DNA from: Gemmatimonadota bacterium
Lineage (GTDB): Bacteria; Gemmatimonadota; Gemmatimonadetes; Gemmatimonadales; GWC2-71-9
Reading direction: 5' to 3'
Assembly: GCA_041482275.1 (NCBI GenBank)
Contig: JBGPDL010000005.1
Span: forward strand, 2,985 to 66,984
DNA: 64,000 bases
Shown here: positions 1 through 9,213 of the stretch, piece after piece
Layout: each line of letters starts with the position of its first letter
Position numbering within the stretch: the first letter of the stretch is position 1
The notes under the pieces: model-generated
Told to the model about the DNA's origin: nothing
The model's database searches: none
Seen by the model: the letters and a program-made list of their open reading frames with translations, nothing else
Made by a program: the position numbers and the translations under genes

Positions 1-16
1 CACCGGCCTCGACGTA

Positions 17-928
17 GTGGTTGAGCTCACCCGCGGCGGCCCCGACGCCGCCAAGCTGTCGATCGCGACGGGGCCGCTGCGCGGACGCGAGACGCTGCGC
101 GTCATTTACCCCGACGACGAGCTCCTGTATCGCGAGCTCGGTCGCGGCTCGAATGCCACACTCCACGTGCGCGACGACGGCACGTTCAACGACCATGACG
201 GCCGGGGAGGGCACTGGTCCGACGAGGGTCGGCGCGTCCGCATTTCGGGATCGGGCGGCGGGCTCGAGGCCCACGTGGACGTGCGCATCGCCATCCCACC
301 GGGCCGCCGCGTCGAGGCCTACCTGGCGGTGGGCCAGGCGTTCGTCTCCAACGTGGAGGGCGAGCTGCGCGTGGACGCCGCGTCTGCCAACGTGATCGCC
401 GACCACGTGAAGGGATCGCTGCTCGTCGACACGGGTTCGGGGGACGTGCGCCTGAGCGACGCGCAGGGCGACGCGACCCTCGATACGGGGTCGGGCGACG
501 TCACGGTGAGCGGCATCACCGGGCACGAGCTCACGCTCGACACGGGATCCGGCAACGTCACGGCCGAGCGGGTCACGGCGGATGTGCTGAAGATCGATAC
601 CGGCTCGGGCGAAGTCAGCGCGTCCGTCGTGCAGGCGAACGACGTGCGCATCGACACGGGGAGCGGCAGCGTGCGCCTCGATCTGGTCTCCGACCTCGAG
701 TCGCTCCTCGTGGACACCGGCGCCGGTGACGTGACGGTCAACCTCCCGGCAGAGTTCGGCGCCGAGGTGGACATCGAAACGAGCAGCGGGGAGATCGAAC
801 TGCGGAACGTCACGGTCCGGACGACCCGGCTCGAGGAGGACCATCTCACGGGCCAGATCGGGGACGGCAAGGGGCGGATGAAGATCGAGACGGGATCCGG
901 CGGCGTCCACCTGATCCGGAGTCGCTAA
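17..928 (+). CDS. DUF4097-family beta-helix repeat protein (putative adhesin); possibly 5'-truncated by the window edge
   Basis: 303-aa ORF with about 10 tandem ~20-aa repeats containing D(T)GSG(D/N/E/S)V, typical of DUF4097. The frame stays open back to nt 2, so the true start may lie upstream. Confidence 0.75.
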   Translation: MVELTRGGPDAAKLSIATGPLRGRETLRVIYPDDELLYRELGRGSNATLHVRDDGTFNDHDGRGGHWSDEGRRVRISGSGGGLEAHVDVRIAIPPGRRVEAYLAVGQAFVSNVEGELRVDAASANVIADHVKGSLLVDTGSGDVRLSDAQGDATLDTGSGDVTVSGITGHELTLDTGSGNVTAERVTADVLKIDTGSGEVSASVVQANDVRIDTGSGSVRLDLVSDLESLLVDTGAGDVTVNLPAEFGAEVDIETSSGEIELRNVTVRTTRLEEDHLTGQIGDGKGRMKIETGSGGVHLIRSR

Positions 929-936
929 GGCCCCCG

Positions 937-3900
937 TCAATCGGCCGGCGCCGCTGCGGGCTCCCCGCTCGCGGCCCGCGCCAACGCGGCGTGGCCGAGC
1001 CGCTGTTGCAGCGCGTCCAGATACGTGTAGATCACGGGCGTCACGTACAGCGTGATGAACTGCGAGAACGCCAGGCCGCCCACCACGGCGATGCCGAGCG
1101 GCCGGCGGGACTCGGAGCCCACGCCGACACCGAGGGCGATGGGGAGCGTGCCCATCAGCGCCGCCATGGTGGTCATCATGATCGGCCGGAAGCGGATGCG
1201 GCAGGCCTCGAGAATGGCGTCATGCGCGGACTTGCCCTCGGCGCGCTGCGCCTCGATCGCGAAATCGATCATCATGATCCCGTTCTTCTTCACCAGTCCC
1301 ACGAGCATGATCACGCCGACGAACGCGTACACGCTCAGCTCCACCCGGAAGATGAGCAGCGTCAACAACGCGCCGAACCCCGCGAACGGCAGCGCCGAGA
1401 GGATCGTGAGCGGGTGGATGAAGCTCTCGTACAGAATGCCGAGCACCATGTAGATCACGAGCACGGCGAGGATCAGCAGGGCCAGGAGGCCCGACTGGCT
1501 CGACTGGAATGCCTGCGCGGTGCCGGCGAAGCTCGTGGTGATGCTGGCAGGCAGGAGCTGCCGCGCGACGCGCCGCACTTCGGCGACGGCGGTGCCGATT
1601 GCGACGCCCTGACGCAGGTCGAACGACACGGTGACCGACGGCAGCTGCCCCGCGTGGTTCACCGTGAGCGGGCCGACGCTCGAGTTCAGCGTTGCGAGGG
1701 ACGTGAGCGGCACGAGCGGACCGTTGCCGGAGCGGATGTACAGCAGGCTCAGCGCCGACAGATCCTGCTGATATTGGGGCAGCAGCTCCATGACCACCCA
1801 GTACTGGTTGGTGGCGGTATAGATGGTCGACACCTGGCGCGCCCCGTAGGCGTCGTACAGCGCTTCCTCCACCTGCTGGGCCGTCACCCCCAGCGCGGCG
1901 GCCCGGTCCCGGTTGATCGTCACGGTGGCCTGCGGGTTCGAGATCTGGAGATCGCTCGTGACGTTGATCAGGTTCGGCAGCTTGCGGAGCTCCGTGACGA
2001 GCCGACTCGAATAGTCGTACAGCGCCGGGTCGGGGCTCTGGAGCGTGAACTGATACAGGCTCTTGGTGCGGCGGCCGCCGATCTGGATCGGCGGCGGGTT
2101 CTGGAGGAACACCTGGATGCCGGGGATACCCGATAGCTTGCGATTGAAGTAGCGGATCAACTCGTCCACGCTCATGTCGCGCTGGGAGCGGGGCTTGAGC
2201 TGCATGAAGACTCGCCCCTGGTTGATCTGGCCGCCGCCCAGGAACGACATCGTCGCGTCCACGTTGGAATCGGCTTGCAGGACAGCCATGACCTGCAGCT
2301 GGTGACGCACCAGGTCGTCGAACGAGGTGCCCTCGACGGTCTCCGTGGTGCCGAAGATCTGGGAGTTGTCCTCACTCGGCAGGAAGCCCTTGGGGACCAC
2401 CAGGAACAGCGCCACCGTGGCGAGCAGGATCGCGCCGGAGAAGGCGAGCGCCGCGGGCCGGCGCTCCATCACCCAGCCGAGGCTGTTCTCGTACCAGCGC
2501 AGCACGCGCTCGTAGACCCGCTCCGACGCCTCGTAGAACTTCCCGTGCTGCGCCGCGCGCGGGGGTTTGAGGAACCGGCTGCACAGCATCGGCGTCAAGG
2601 TGAGCGACACCACCCCGGAAACGAGAATCGCGGCGCCGATGGTCACGGCGAACTCGTGGAACAGCCGCCCGACGATCCCGCCCATGAAAAGCACCGGGAT
2701 GAACACCGCCGCGAGCGACAGCGTCATGGAGAGAATCGTGAACCCCACCTCGCGCGACCCGGCGAACGCCGCCTGCATCGGCGGCGTCCCCTTCTCCATG
2801 TGCCGCACGATGTTCTCGAGCATCACGATGGCGTCGTCGACCACGAATCCGACCGACAGTGTCAGCGCCATCATCGAAAGGTTGTCGAGGCTGTAGTCGA
2901 GCGCGTACATCACCGCGAACGTGCCCACGAGCGAGAACGGCAGCGCCAGGCTCGGGATGACGGTCGCGGACAGGTTGCGCAGGAAGAGGAAGATCACCAG
3001 CACCACGAGAGCGAGCGTCAGGAGCAGCGTGAACTGCACGTCGGCGAGCGACGCGCGAATCGACTCGGAGCGATCGGAGCGGAGCTGCAGATCCACCGAG
3101 GCGGGGAGCAGTTGCTTCAAGCCCGCCATGACCGCGCGCACGCGGCCGGCGACGGCCACCGTGTTGGTGCCCGGCTGGCGCTGGATCGCGAGGACGATAG
3201 CCCGGCTGCCGTTGTACCAGGCGGCGCTCTTGTTGTCCTGCACGTCGTCCAGCACCTGTCCCAAATCCTGGAGGCGCACGGGTGCGCCGTTGCGATAGGC
3301 CACCACGAGGGGCCGGAACGCCGCCGCGTCCTGCAACTGTCCGTTCGCCTGTACGGTGTAGGCGCGATGTGGCCCCCACAGGATGCCGGTCGGCAGGTTG
3401 ACGTTGCCGGCGCCGACGCTGGTGGCCACCTCGTCGATGCCGAGCGCGCGCGTGGCGAGGGCCTTGGGGTCGAGCTGGATGCGCACGGCGTACTTGGCGG
3501 CGCCGTACACGTTCACCTGCGCCACGCCGTCGACGGTCGACAGGCGCTGCGCGATGAACGTCTCGGCGTACTCATCCAGCTCGGGAAGCGACAGCGTCTT
3601 CGAGCTCAGAGCGTAGTAGATGATCGGCTGGTCGGCCGGGTTCACCTTCTGGTACGAGGGCGGCACGATGCCGGTGGGCAGCTGGCGCAGCGTCTTGGAG
3701 ATCGCCGCCTGGATGTCCTGTGCGGCCGCGTCGATGTTGCGGTCCAGAGTGAACAGCAGCGTGATGGTCGTGGAGCCCAGGCTCGACGACGAGGTCATCT
3801 GGTCCACCCCGGCGATCGTCGAGAACTGCTTCTCGAGCGGTGTCGCCACGGCGGACGCCATGGTCTCGGGGCTCGCGCCGGAGAGGGTGGCGCTCACGGT

Positions 3901-4035
3901 GATCGTCGGGAAGTCGACGTTCGGGAGGTTGCTCACCGCGAGCAGCCGGTAGGCCATGAGGCCGAACAGCAGAATGCCCATCATGACGAGCGTCGTCATG
4001 ACGGGCCGCTTGATGAACAGCGCCGAGATGTTCAT
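937..4035 (-). CDS. RND efflux transporter permease (AcrB/MdtB-like)
   Basis: The tracked ORF 937..4326 has an Arg/Gly-rich N-terminal extension that looks spurious. The conserved N-terminus MNISALFIKRPVMTTLVMMGILLFG starts at ATG 4035. That ATG overlaps the stop of the upstream adaptor gene (ATGA). The 1032-aa, 12-TM layout is typical of RND pumps. Confidence 0.93.
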   Translation of the reverse strand: MNISALFIKRPVMTTLVMMGILLFGLMAYRLLAVSNLPNVDFPTITVSATLSGASPETMASAVATPLEKQFSTIAGVDQMTSSSSLGSTTITLLFTLDRNIDAAAQDIQAAISKTLRQLPTGIVPPSYQKVNPADQPIIYYALSSKTLSLPELDEYAETFIAQRLSTVDGVAQVNVYGAAKYAVRIQLDPKALATRALGIDEVATSVGAGNVNLPTGILWGPHRAYTVQANGQLQDAAAFRPLVVAYRNGAPVRLQDLGQVLDDVQDNKSAAWYNGSRAIVLAIQRQPGTNTVAVAGRVRAVMAGLKQLLPASVDLQLRSDRSESIRASLADVQFTLLLTLALVVLVIFLFLRNLSATVIPSLALPFSLVGTFAVMYALDYSLDNLSMMALTLSVGFVVDDAIVMLENIVRHMEKGTPPMQAAFAGSREVGFTILSMTLSLAAVFIPVLFMGGIVGRLFHEFAVTIGAAILVSGVVSLTLTPMLCSRFLKPPRAAQHGKFYEASERVYERVLRWYENSLGWVMERRPAALAFSGAILLATVALFLVVPKGFLPSEDNSQIFGTTETVEGTSFDDLVRHQLQVMAVLQADSNVDATMSFLGGGQINQGRVFMQLKPRSQRDMSVDELIRYFNRKLSGIPGIQVFLQNPPPIQIGGRRTKSLYQFTLQSPDPALYDYSSRLVTELRKLPNLINVTSDLQISNPQATVTINRDRAAALGVTAQQVEEALYDAYGARQVSTIYTATNQYWVVMELLPQYQQDLSALSLLYIRSGNGPLVPLTSLATLNSSVGPLTVNHAGQLPSVTVSFDLRQGVAIGTAVAEVRRVARQLLPASITTSFAGTAQAFQSSQSGLLALLILAVLVIYMVLGILYESFIHPLTILSALPFAGFGALLTLLIFRVELSVYAFVGVIMLVGLVKKNGIMMIDFAIEAQRAEGKSAHDAILEACRIRFRPIMMTTMAALMGTLPIALGVGVGSESRRPLGIAVVGGLAFSQFITLYVTPVIYTYLDALQQRLGHAALARAASGEPAAAPAD

Positions 4036-5135
4036 TTGTCGCCCGCCATCTCGGCCGAGCCTTTCACCTCCACCGGCGCGCCGGAGGTGAGCCGCAGCTG
4101 GCCGTCGGTCACCACCTGGTCTCCCGGCCGCACGCCCTGCGCGACGACCGCGTACGCCCCCGCGGTCCGCTCGATTTGGACGGGCTGCGAGCGGGCGGTG
4201 CCGTCCGGGTTGAGCACGAACAGATAGGTGCCCTGCTGTCCGGTCATCACGGCCTGCGACGGCACCACCAGCGCCGCCTCGTCCACGTAGAGCCGCAGGC
4301 GCACGTTGAGGAACTCGCCGGGCCACAGCGCATTGTCGCGATTCGCGAACTCCGCCTTGAGCAGCACGGTGCCGTTCGCCGTGTCGACGCTGTTGTCAAC
4401 GAACGTCAGCACGCCCTCGCTCGCGACGGTGTCGGCCTGGGACGGGCTCACGAGCACGGGCAGCCGGTTCTTGTAGTAGCGCTGAATGGCGGCGAGGTAC
4501 TGCTGCGGGACGGTGAAGCGCGCCAGGATGGGGTGGATCTGGTTGATCACGACGAGCGGTTCCGGGGCGTTGGCCCGTACCAGATTGCCCTCGCGCACCA
4601 GCAGGCGACCGGTGCGGCCGGCGATCGGCGCGCGGATCGCCGCCCAGTCGAGGTTGAGCTGGGCGGTGGCGACGGCGGCGGAGTCGGCGCGCACCGACGC
4701 CTGGAGCCCCTCGGCCGTGGCGCGTTTGGCCTCGTAATCGGACTTGGTCACGTAATCCTGCTTCACCAGCTCCCCATAGCGTGCCGCATCGAGCACGGCA
4801 CTCTGCGCCTGCGCCTGGTCGCGCGCTAGCATCGCCCGGGCCTGGTCGAGGGCGGCCAGGAACGGCCGGGGATCGATCTGGAATAGCATCTGGCCCGCGG
4901 CCACCTCGTCTCCCTCGCGGAACGCCACCTGCGTGAGGATACCCGTGACCTGCGCCTGGACCGACGCCGTCTGCCGCGGCTCGACGCTGCCGGTCGCCAC
5001 GATCTCGTACGGCACGGCGCGCTGCTCGGCGCGGGCGATCGTGACGGGCACGCGCGTCGCGCCCCCGGCCCCCTTGCGGGCGCAGCCGAAGGCGAGGGCG
5101 ATGGCGCCGGCCGCGAGTAGGGGCGTCCGCTTCAT
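4032..5135 (-). CDS. RND efflux periplasmic adaptor (membrane fusion protein), lipoprotein
   Basis: 367 aa with lipobox LAFGC near the N-terminus. It has HlyD/AcrA-like barrel-sandwich and coiled-coil segments and is translationally coupled to the RND permease. Confidence 0.9.
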   Translation of the reverse strand: MKRTPLLAAGAIALAFGCARKGAGGATRVPVTIARAEQRAVPYEIVATGSVEPRQTASVQAQVTGILTQVAFREGDEVAAGQMLFQIDPRPFLAALDQARAMLARDQAQAQSAVLDAARYGELVKQDYVTKSDYEAKRATAEGLQASVRADSAAVATAQLNLDWAAIRAPIAGRTGRLLVREGNLVRANAPEPLVVINQIHPILARFTVPQQYLAAIQRYYKNRLPVLVSPSQADTVASEGVLTFVDNSVDTANGTVLLKAEFANRDNALWPGEFLNVRLRLYVDEAALVVPSQAVMTGQQGTYLFVLNPDGTARSQPVQIERTAGAYAVVAQGVRPGDQVVTDGQLRLTSGAPVEVKGSAEMAGDK

Positions 5136-6665
5136 TTATTTGTTGTCGGTTCCCGTGGTGTCGGTCTGCAGCCGCAGCGGGCTACCGCCGTCCAGCCCCA
5201 AGATCCCCGCATCGTGGGCGAGCCGTGCCAGCGCCGTGGACCAAGAGAAGCGCGCCTGGATCGACTCCGCGCGGGCGCCCGCCAACGCCGCCTGCGCGGT
5301 GAGCAGGTCCAGCAAGCTCCCGGCCCCGGCGCGGTAACGCCCCAACGCCACCTGCTCCGACTGGGTGGCGCTCGCGAGCAGGTCGGCGCTCGTGCGCACC
5401 TGTTGCGTAGCGGTGCGGAGCGCATAGTAGGCGTTGAACACCTCGTACACCACCTGCTGCTCGAAGCCCTGCGCACGCTGTGCGGCGGCCTCGGCCGCCG
5501 CGGCAGCCGCCTTCACGTCGTAAATTTGGGATCCTCCGGAGAAGAGCGGTATGGAAAGCGTCAGGGTGGCGCTGTAGCTGTTCCGGAACGCCGTGAACGT
5601 GTTCGTGCTGTCAACAAAAAAGGAAGTTTCGCCCGTGTTGCCACCCAGGCTGAGCGAGGGCAGCGCCCGAGAGCGCGCCACGCTTACACGCGCGCGCGCG
5701 GCGCGCGCCTGGGCCCGAACCGCCGCGAGATCGGGGCGCTCGCGCACCGCGCGCGCAATGAGCGTGTCCACACTGTCCGTGATCCCGAGCGCGAGGGCCG
5801 TGTCGGTGGGCAGCTCGATGTCGTAAGGGACGTTGGCCGGCAGCCCCATCGACAACGCCAGGGCGCCGCGCGTGGTCTGGATCTGCCCGTCGGTGGACTC
5901 GAGCGCGAGCTGGGCCTGCGACAGCGCGGTCTTCGCCTGCAGCACGTCGGCGATCGTGGCGAGCCCGACCCTGTGCCGCTGGCTCGCCGCCTCCAGGTTG
6001 GTCCGTGCTTCCTGGAGCGTGGTTTGCTGGGCCGCGAGCAGCGCCTTCGTGCCCACGTACAGAAAGTAGGCCTGCTCGACGGCGAGCACGACGCCCTGGA
6101 GCGTGGCGTTATGAGTCCAATCGGCGGCGAGCAGCGCTTCGCGCGCCTCGCCGATCGAGCCGCTGCGCCCGCCGAAGTCGAACAACAGCCACGAGAGGTT
6201 GAGCGTGGGACCGTAGAACCGCTGCTTCGCGGCCGTTCGGCCGGCCGACGCCACCGTCTTGACGGCCGTGGCGCTGCCGTCAACCGAGAGGGTGGGGTAA
6301 TATTGTCCCTTCGCCGCGCCGTAACTGGCCGCGGCAGCCCGCGCGTCCGCCCACGCGGCGCGCGTGGCCGTATTGTTCCTCAGGGCGATGTCGATGACGT
6401 CGGCCAGCTTGAGCTGCGCGATCCGCTCGGCGAGATCGGCCGGAAGCTCCGGCGGCGGCGCCGGCCGAAGCGTCTGTTGGGGGGGCGGCGTCCAGAACGC
6501 GTTCGGGGCGGGCGCCGTGCCCGCGACCCCGCGCACGCCGGGAGTCCCGCACGCGAGGAGCAGGGCCGCGGCGCCCGCGACCGTGGTTTCGCGCCGCAAT
6601 GCCGCGCGGCGCCGGCGAGGGGCGGGTGGATGGTCTGGACGGTGCGTCGGCATCCGATCGAGCAT
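5136..6665 (-). CDS. Efflux outer-membrane factor, TolC/NodT-family lipoprotein
   Basis: TolC-like duplicated repeat structure with lipobox LLLAC. I trimmed the start to ATG 6665 (MLDRMPTHR...; an alternative ATG is at 6653) because the longer ORF to 7004 would run across the divergent hslR-like gene. The stop abuts the adaptor start. Confidence 0.85.
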   Translation of the reverse strand: MLDRMPTHRPDHPPAPRRRRAALRRETTVAGAAALLLACGTPGVRGVAGTAPAPNAFWTPPPQQTLRPAPPPELPADLAERIAQLKLADVIDIALRNNTATRAAWADARAAAASYGAAKGQYYPTLSVDGSATAVKTVASAGRTAAKQRFYGPTLNLSWLLFDFGGRSGSIGEAREALLAADWTHNATLQGVVLAVEQAYFLYVGTKALLAAQQTTLQEARTNLEAASQRHRVGLATIADVLQAKTALSQAQLALESTDGQIQTTRGALALSMGLPANVPYDIELPTDTALALGITDSVDTLIARAVRERPDLAAVRAQARAARARVSVARSRALPSLSLGGNTGETSFFVDSTNTFTAFRNSYSATLTLSIPLFSGGSQIYDVKAAAAAAEAAAQRAQGFEQQVVYEVFNAYYALRTATQQVRTSADLLASATQSEQVALGRYRAGAGSLLDLLTAQAALAGARAESIQARFSWSTALARLAHDAGILGLDGGSPLRLQTDTTGTDNK

Positions 6666-6744
6666 TCGACTCTGGACGAAAGGGTGAGGGCGGCATCGGG
6701 GTTCACGGAGTATACGCACGAGCGGCCCCGGGCGTGGAGGCTCC

Positions 6745-7122
6745 TTGGTGAAAGTACGGCTCGACCGCTGGCTCTGGGCCGCGCGCTTCTTCAGGACGCG
6801 CGCGCTCGCGGCAGCGGCGATCGGCGGCGGCAAGGTGGAGGTGAACGGAGAGCGGACCAAGCGGGCGAAACCGCTCGCGATCGGCGACCGGGTGAGGATC
6901 CGGCGCGGTCCGTTCGAGCACCTGGTGGTGGTCCGGGCGGTGTCGGAGCACCGCGGCCCGCCGTCCGCCGCCGCCGCGCTGTACGAGGAGGACGCCGAGG
7001 GCAAGCGACGGCGGGAGCGGCTGGCGGAGCAATTGCGGGTGGCGCCGTCGCTCCGCTACGAAGGAAGAGGGCGGCCCACAAAAAAGGATCGGCGGGATAT
7101 CGAGAAGCTGAGGGGCGACTGA
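6745..7122 (+). CDS. hslR: S4-domain RNA-binding protein (Hsp15/HslR-like)
   Basis: 125 aa. The N-terminus VRLDRWLWAARFFRTRALAAAAI..GG.V.VNG matches the Hsp15 S4 signature. A GGAGG sits 9 nt upstream of the GTG start. Confidence 0.8.
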   Translation: MVKVRLDRWLWAARFFRTRALAAAAIGGGKVEVNGERTKRAKPLAIGDRVRIRRGPFEHLVVVRAVSEHRGPPSAAAALYEEDAEGKRRRERLAEQLRVAPSLRYEGRGRPTKKDRRDIEKLRGD

Positions 7123-7638
7123 TTACCCGCGACTGAGCGCTTTCAACAGCTGAATCTGTCCCGCGTGATACAGGTCGTGTGAGGCGATCCCATACACGTG
7201 CTGGGCGTTGGTCCACTGCGAGCGCCAGCCCTTGGCGTCGAGCCGCGCCGCGGGAAACCGGGCGATCGCCGCGCGGAGCAACCCGTGCTGCTCCTTGAGC
7301 AGCGCCACATCGCGCCGCCACGCGGCGGCGTCGCGCCGCGCCGGCAGCAGCGGCCAGTTGCTGCCGTCGCGGGGGAACACGGCCGCGGTGTCGCGAGTCA
7401 GGCGGCGGCGCACGATGTACTTCCAGTAGGCGGTGTGCAGGACCACCTCCCAGATGTTGTGGCGCCGCCGGCCCGGGCGCCACAGCGCCCGGCCGGGCGT
7501 GAGGCCGCGCAGCGCGCCCCACAGCGCGGTACCGTGCCAGGCTTTGTGATCGAACGCCTGGTCGTAGACGCGCAACAGGAGGGTGATGCGGGCGTCGCGA
7601 GGCCTGCGGGCGCCGCCCCTCGTGCCGCGCTTCGACAT
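7123..7638 (-). CDS. DinB-superfamily protein
   Basis: Four-helix DinB_2-like pattern (H..YW ... HDLYHAGQI). I chose the Met at 7638 as the start to avoid running into the upstream esterase. The start is uncertain (7647 and 7674 are alternatives). Confidence 0.65.
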   Translation of the reverse strand: MSKRGTRGGARRPRDARITLLLRVYDQAFDHKAWHGTALWGALRGLTPGRALWRPGRRRHNIWEVVLHTAYWKYIVRRRLTRDTAAVFPRDGSNWPLLPARRDAAAWRRDVALLKEQHGLLRAAIARFPAARLDAKGWRSQWTNAQHVYGIASHDLYHAGQIQLLKALSRG

Positions 7639-7643
7639 CAGGC

Positions 7644-8618
7644 TCATCGCGAGAACCGGGAGAAGAACCGCCACATCTCCACGCTGGCGTCGAGGAGCCG
7701 AGTCCCGCGACCCACGAACATTCCCTCGAGGCGGCCCTGCGCCCCGCCCGGCCAGGCGTGCCCGACGCCGGCGAGCCTCCAGTGCACGATCTCAGTGCCG
7801 TCGCGGCAGGGCCCGTACACGAGCTCGGTGGCCGTCTGCCCTGAGTCCGGGCCGTCCGCCGCTCCGCGGAGTGTGGTTGCCACCGCGGGCGTCCGGGGGC
7901 AGGCGTCGCGCGCGATCCAACGCGACAGCACGCTGTCCATGTCGGGCTGCATCACGCGCGAGCTGGTGAACGGGAACGGCGGGCCGAGCCCGCCGTGGTA
8001 CAGGGCGCGCGGGTCGTCCACGCTGTGGAAGTCCATGATCGCGACCGGCCGCGACGCCGCGAATGAGTCCACCACCATGCCGCCCGCCACCGGCGCGATC
8101 GCCGCGATCAGGTCGGACGCCTCGGCGGCCATCCGGTACGCCATCATGGCGCCGTTCGAGAGCCCGGTCGCGTACGCCCGCCGCCGGTCGAGCGGGGTGC
8201 GGCGGGCGAGATCGTCGAGCAACGCCCGCACGAAGCCCACGTCGTCCACGTGATGGTCGGTTGCATAACCGCAGCAGGTCCCGGCGTTGAAGGTGAGGAG
8301 CCGGTTGCGGCGGCGGCCGGTGCCGTTGGGATAGACGGCGAGGAAGCCCTCTCGGTCCGCCACGCGGTCCATGTGCGAGTGTTCCTCGTGGTACGCGGCG
8401 TAGCCCCCGCCCCCGTGAAAATTGACGACCGCCGGCAGCGGGCGCCCGTCCCGCGCCTGCGGCGGCACGTGAACGCGATAGCTCCGGTCCCGGTTGTCGT
8501 GGCGCAGCGTGTACTCATAGGTGCCCGGGGGGAGGGGCGGGAGCGCGGCGTCGTCCGCGGCGGGACGCGGGGCCGCCGCGCACGCGGCGAGGGTGAGCGT
8601 GAGCACGAATGAGCGCAT
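7644..8618 (-). CDS. PHB-depolymerase-family esterase (LpqC-like alpha/beta hydrolase), secreted lipoprotein
   Basis: 324 aa with signal/lipobox LTLAAC. Motifs VNFHGGGG and the GLSNGA nucleophile elbow are typical of esterase/PHB depolymerase family proteins. Confidence 0.75.
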   Translation of the reverse strand: MRSFVLTLTLAACAAAPRPAADDAALPPLPPGTYEYTLRHDNRDRSYRVHVPPQARDGRPLPAVVNFHGGGGYAAYHEEHSHMDRVADREGFLAVYPNGTGRRRNRLLTFNAGTCCGYATDHHVDDVGFVRALLDDLARRTPLDRRRAYATGLSNGAMMAYRMAAEASDLIAAIAPVAGGMVVDSFAASRPVAIMDFHSVDDPRALYHGGLGPPFPFTSSRVMQPDMDSVLSRWIARDACPRTPAVATTLRGAADGPDSGQTATELVYGPCRDGTEIVHWRLAGVGHAWPGGAQGRLEGMFVGRGTRLLDASVEMWRFFSRFSR

Positions 8619-8627
8619 GTGACGCCC

Positions 8628-9179
8628 CTATGGCAGGAATTCCTTCGGGATGGAGTGCGCAGAGTCTTCGTCGAACCAGATGGCCGAGGCGACCCACCAG
8701 CGGGTGCCGTCCCAGAAGAGCTGCAGCGCGTTGATGCCGCGCCCGTCCACCGGACCGTTCGCGGTGCGACGCTCCTCGTAGGTGCTGAAGACCTGCACGA
8801 TGTTGCCGTAGCCCCTCGTCACGCGATGGATCTCCCGCTCGAAGAACCCGTCGCGCACCATCCCCGCATCCGAGCCGTCCACGAACTCCTGGTGCGTCAT
8901 GACCCGCGCGTACGGCTTGCTCTTGGCGACGCCGGCGGATACGAACCGGACGTCGGGGATGTAGAGCGAGCGGTCGCGCGACCATTGCCGCGGCTGGCCT
9001 GCGGGGCCGGTGATGACGTCGTAGTACGCTTTCACGACGCCGTCCACCGTGGCGACGTCGGCGGCGAGCGGCGCGACCTTCGGCACCTTCACGTGCCGGC
9101 GTGCGTGAGCCTGAGCGGCGAGCGTCGCGGGCACGAGCAGCAGCGCCGCAAGGACACTCACCGGATTGAATCGCGACAT
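8628..9179 (-). CDS. Hypothetical secreted protein (NTF2/SnoaL-like fold suspected)
   Basis: Start trimmed to ATG 9179 (MSRFNPVSVLAALLLVPATLAAQA, a clear signal peptide). Third-position GC bias is consistent with coding. The fold assignment is only an impression from the sequence pattern. Confidence 0.55.
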   Translation of the reverse strand: MSRFNPVSVLAALLLVPATLAAQAHARRHVKVPKVAPLAADVATVDGVVKAYYDVITGPAGQPRQWSRDRSLYIPDVRFVSAGVAKSKPYARVMTHQEFVDGSDAGMVRDGFFEREIHRVTRGYGNIVQVFSTYEERRTANGPVDGRGINALQLFWDGTRWWVASAIWFDEDSAHSIPKEFLP

Positions 9180-9213
9180 GGAGTCTCCGGGTCGAGGTGT
9201 ACGGGTGGGTGGT

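Noticed and set aside
330-900. Tandem DNA periodicity in the first gene
   Set aside because: The periodicity reflects protein-level DUF4097 beta-helix repeats (DTGSGDV every ~20 aa) with divergent codons. It is not a DNA repeat element.
937-4326. N-terminal extensions and fused read-through ORFs in the track (for example 937-4326, 5136-7004, 38524-41163, 40560-42077, 41822-43681, 49643-51526, 57186-59654, 61183-63078)
   Set aside because: The conserved protein N-termini begin at internal ATG or GTG codons that overlap the stop of the upstream gene. The extensions are low-complexity and would overlap neighbouring real genes. Starts were trimmed accordingly.
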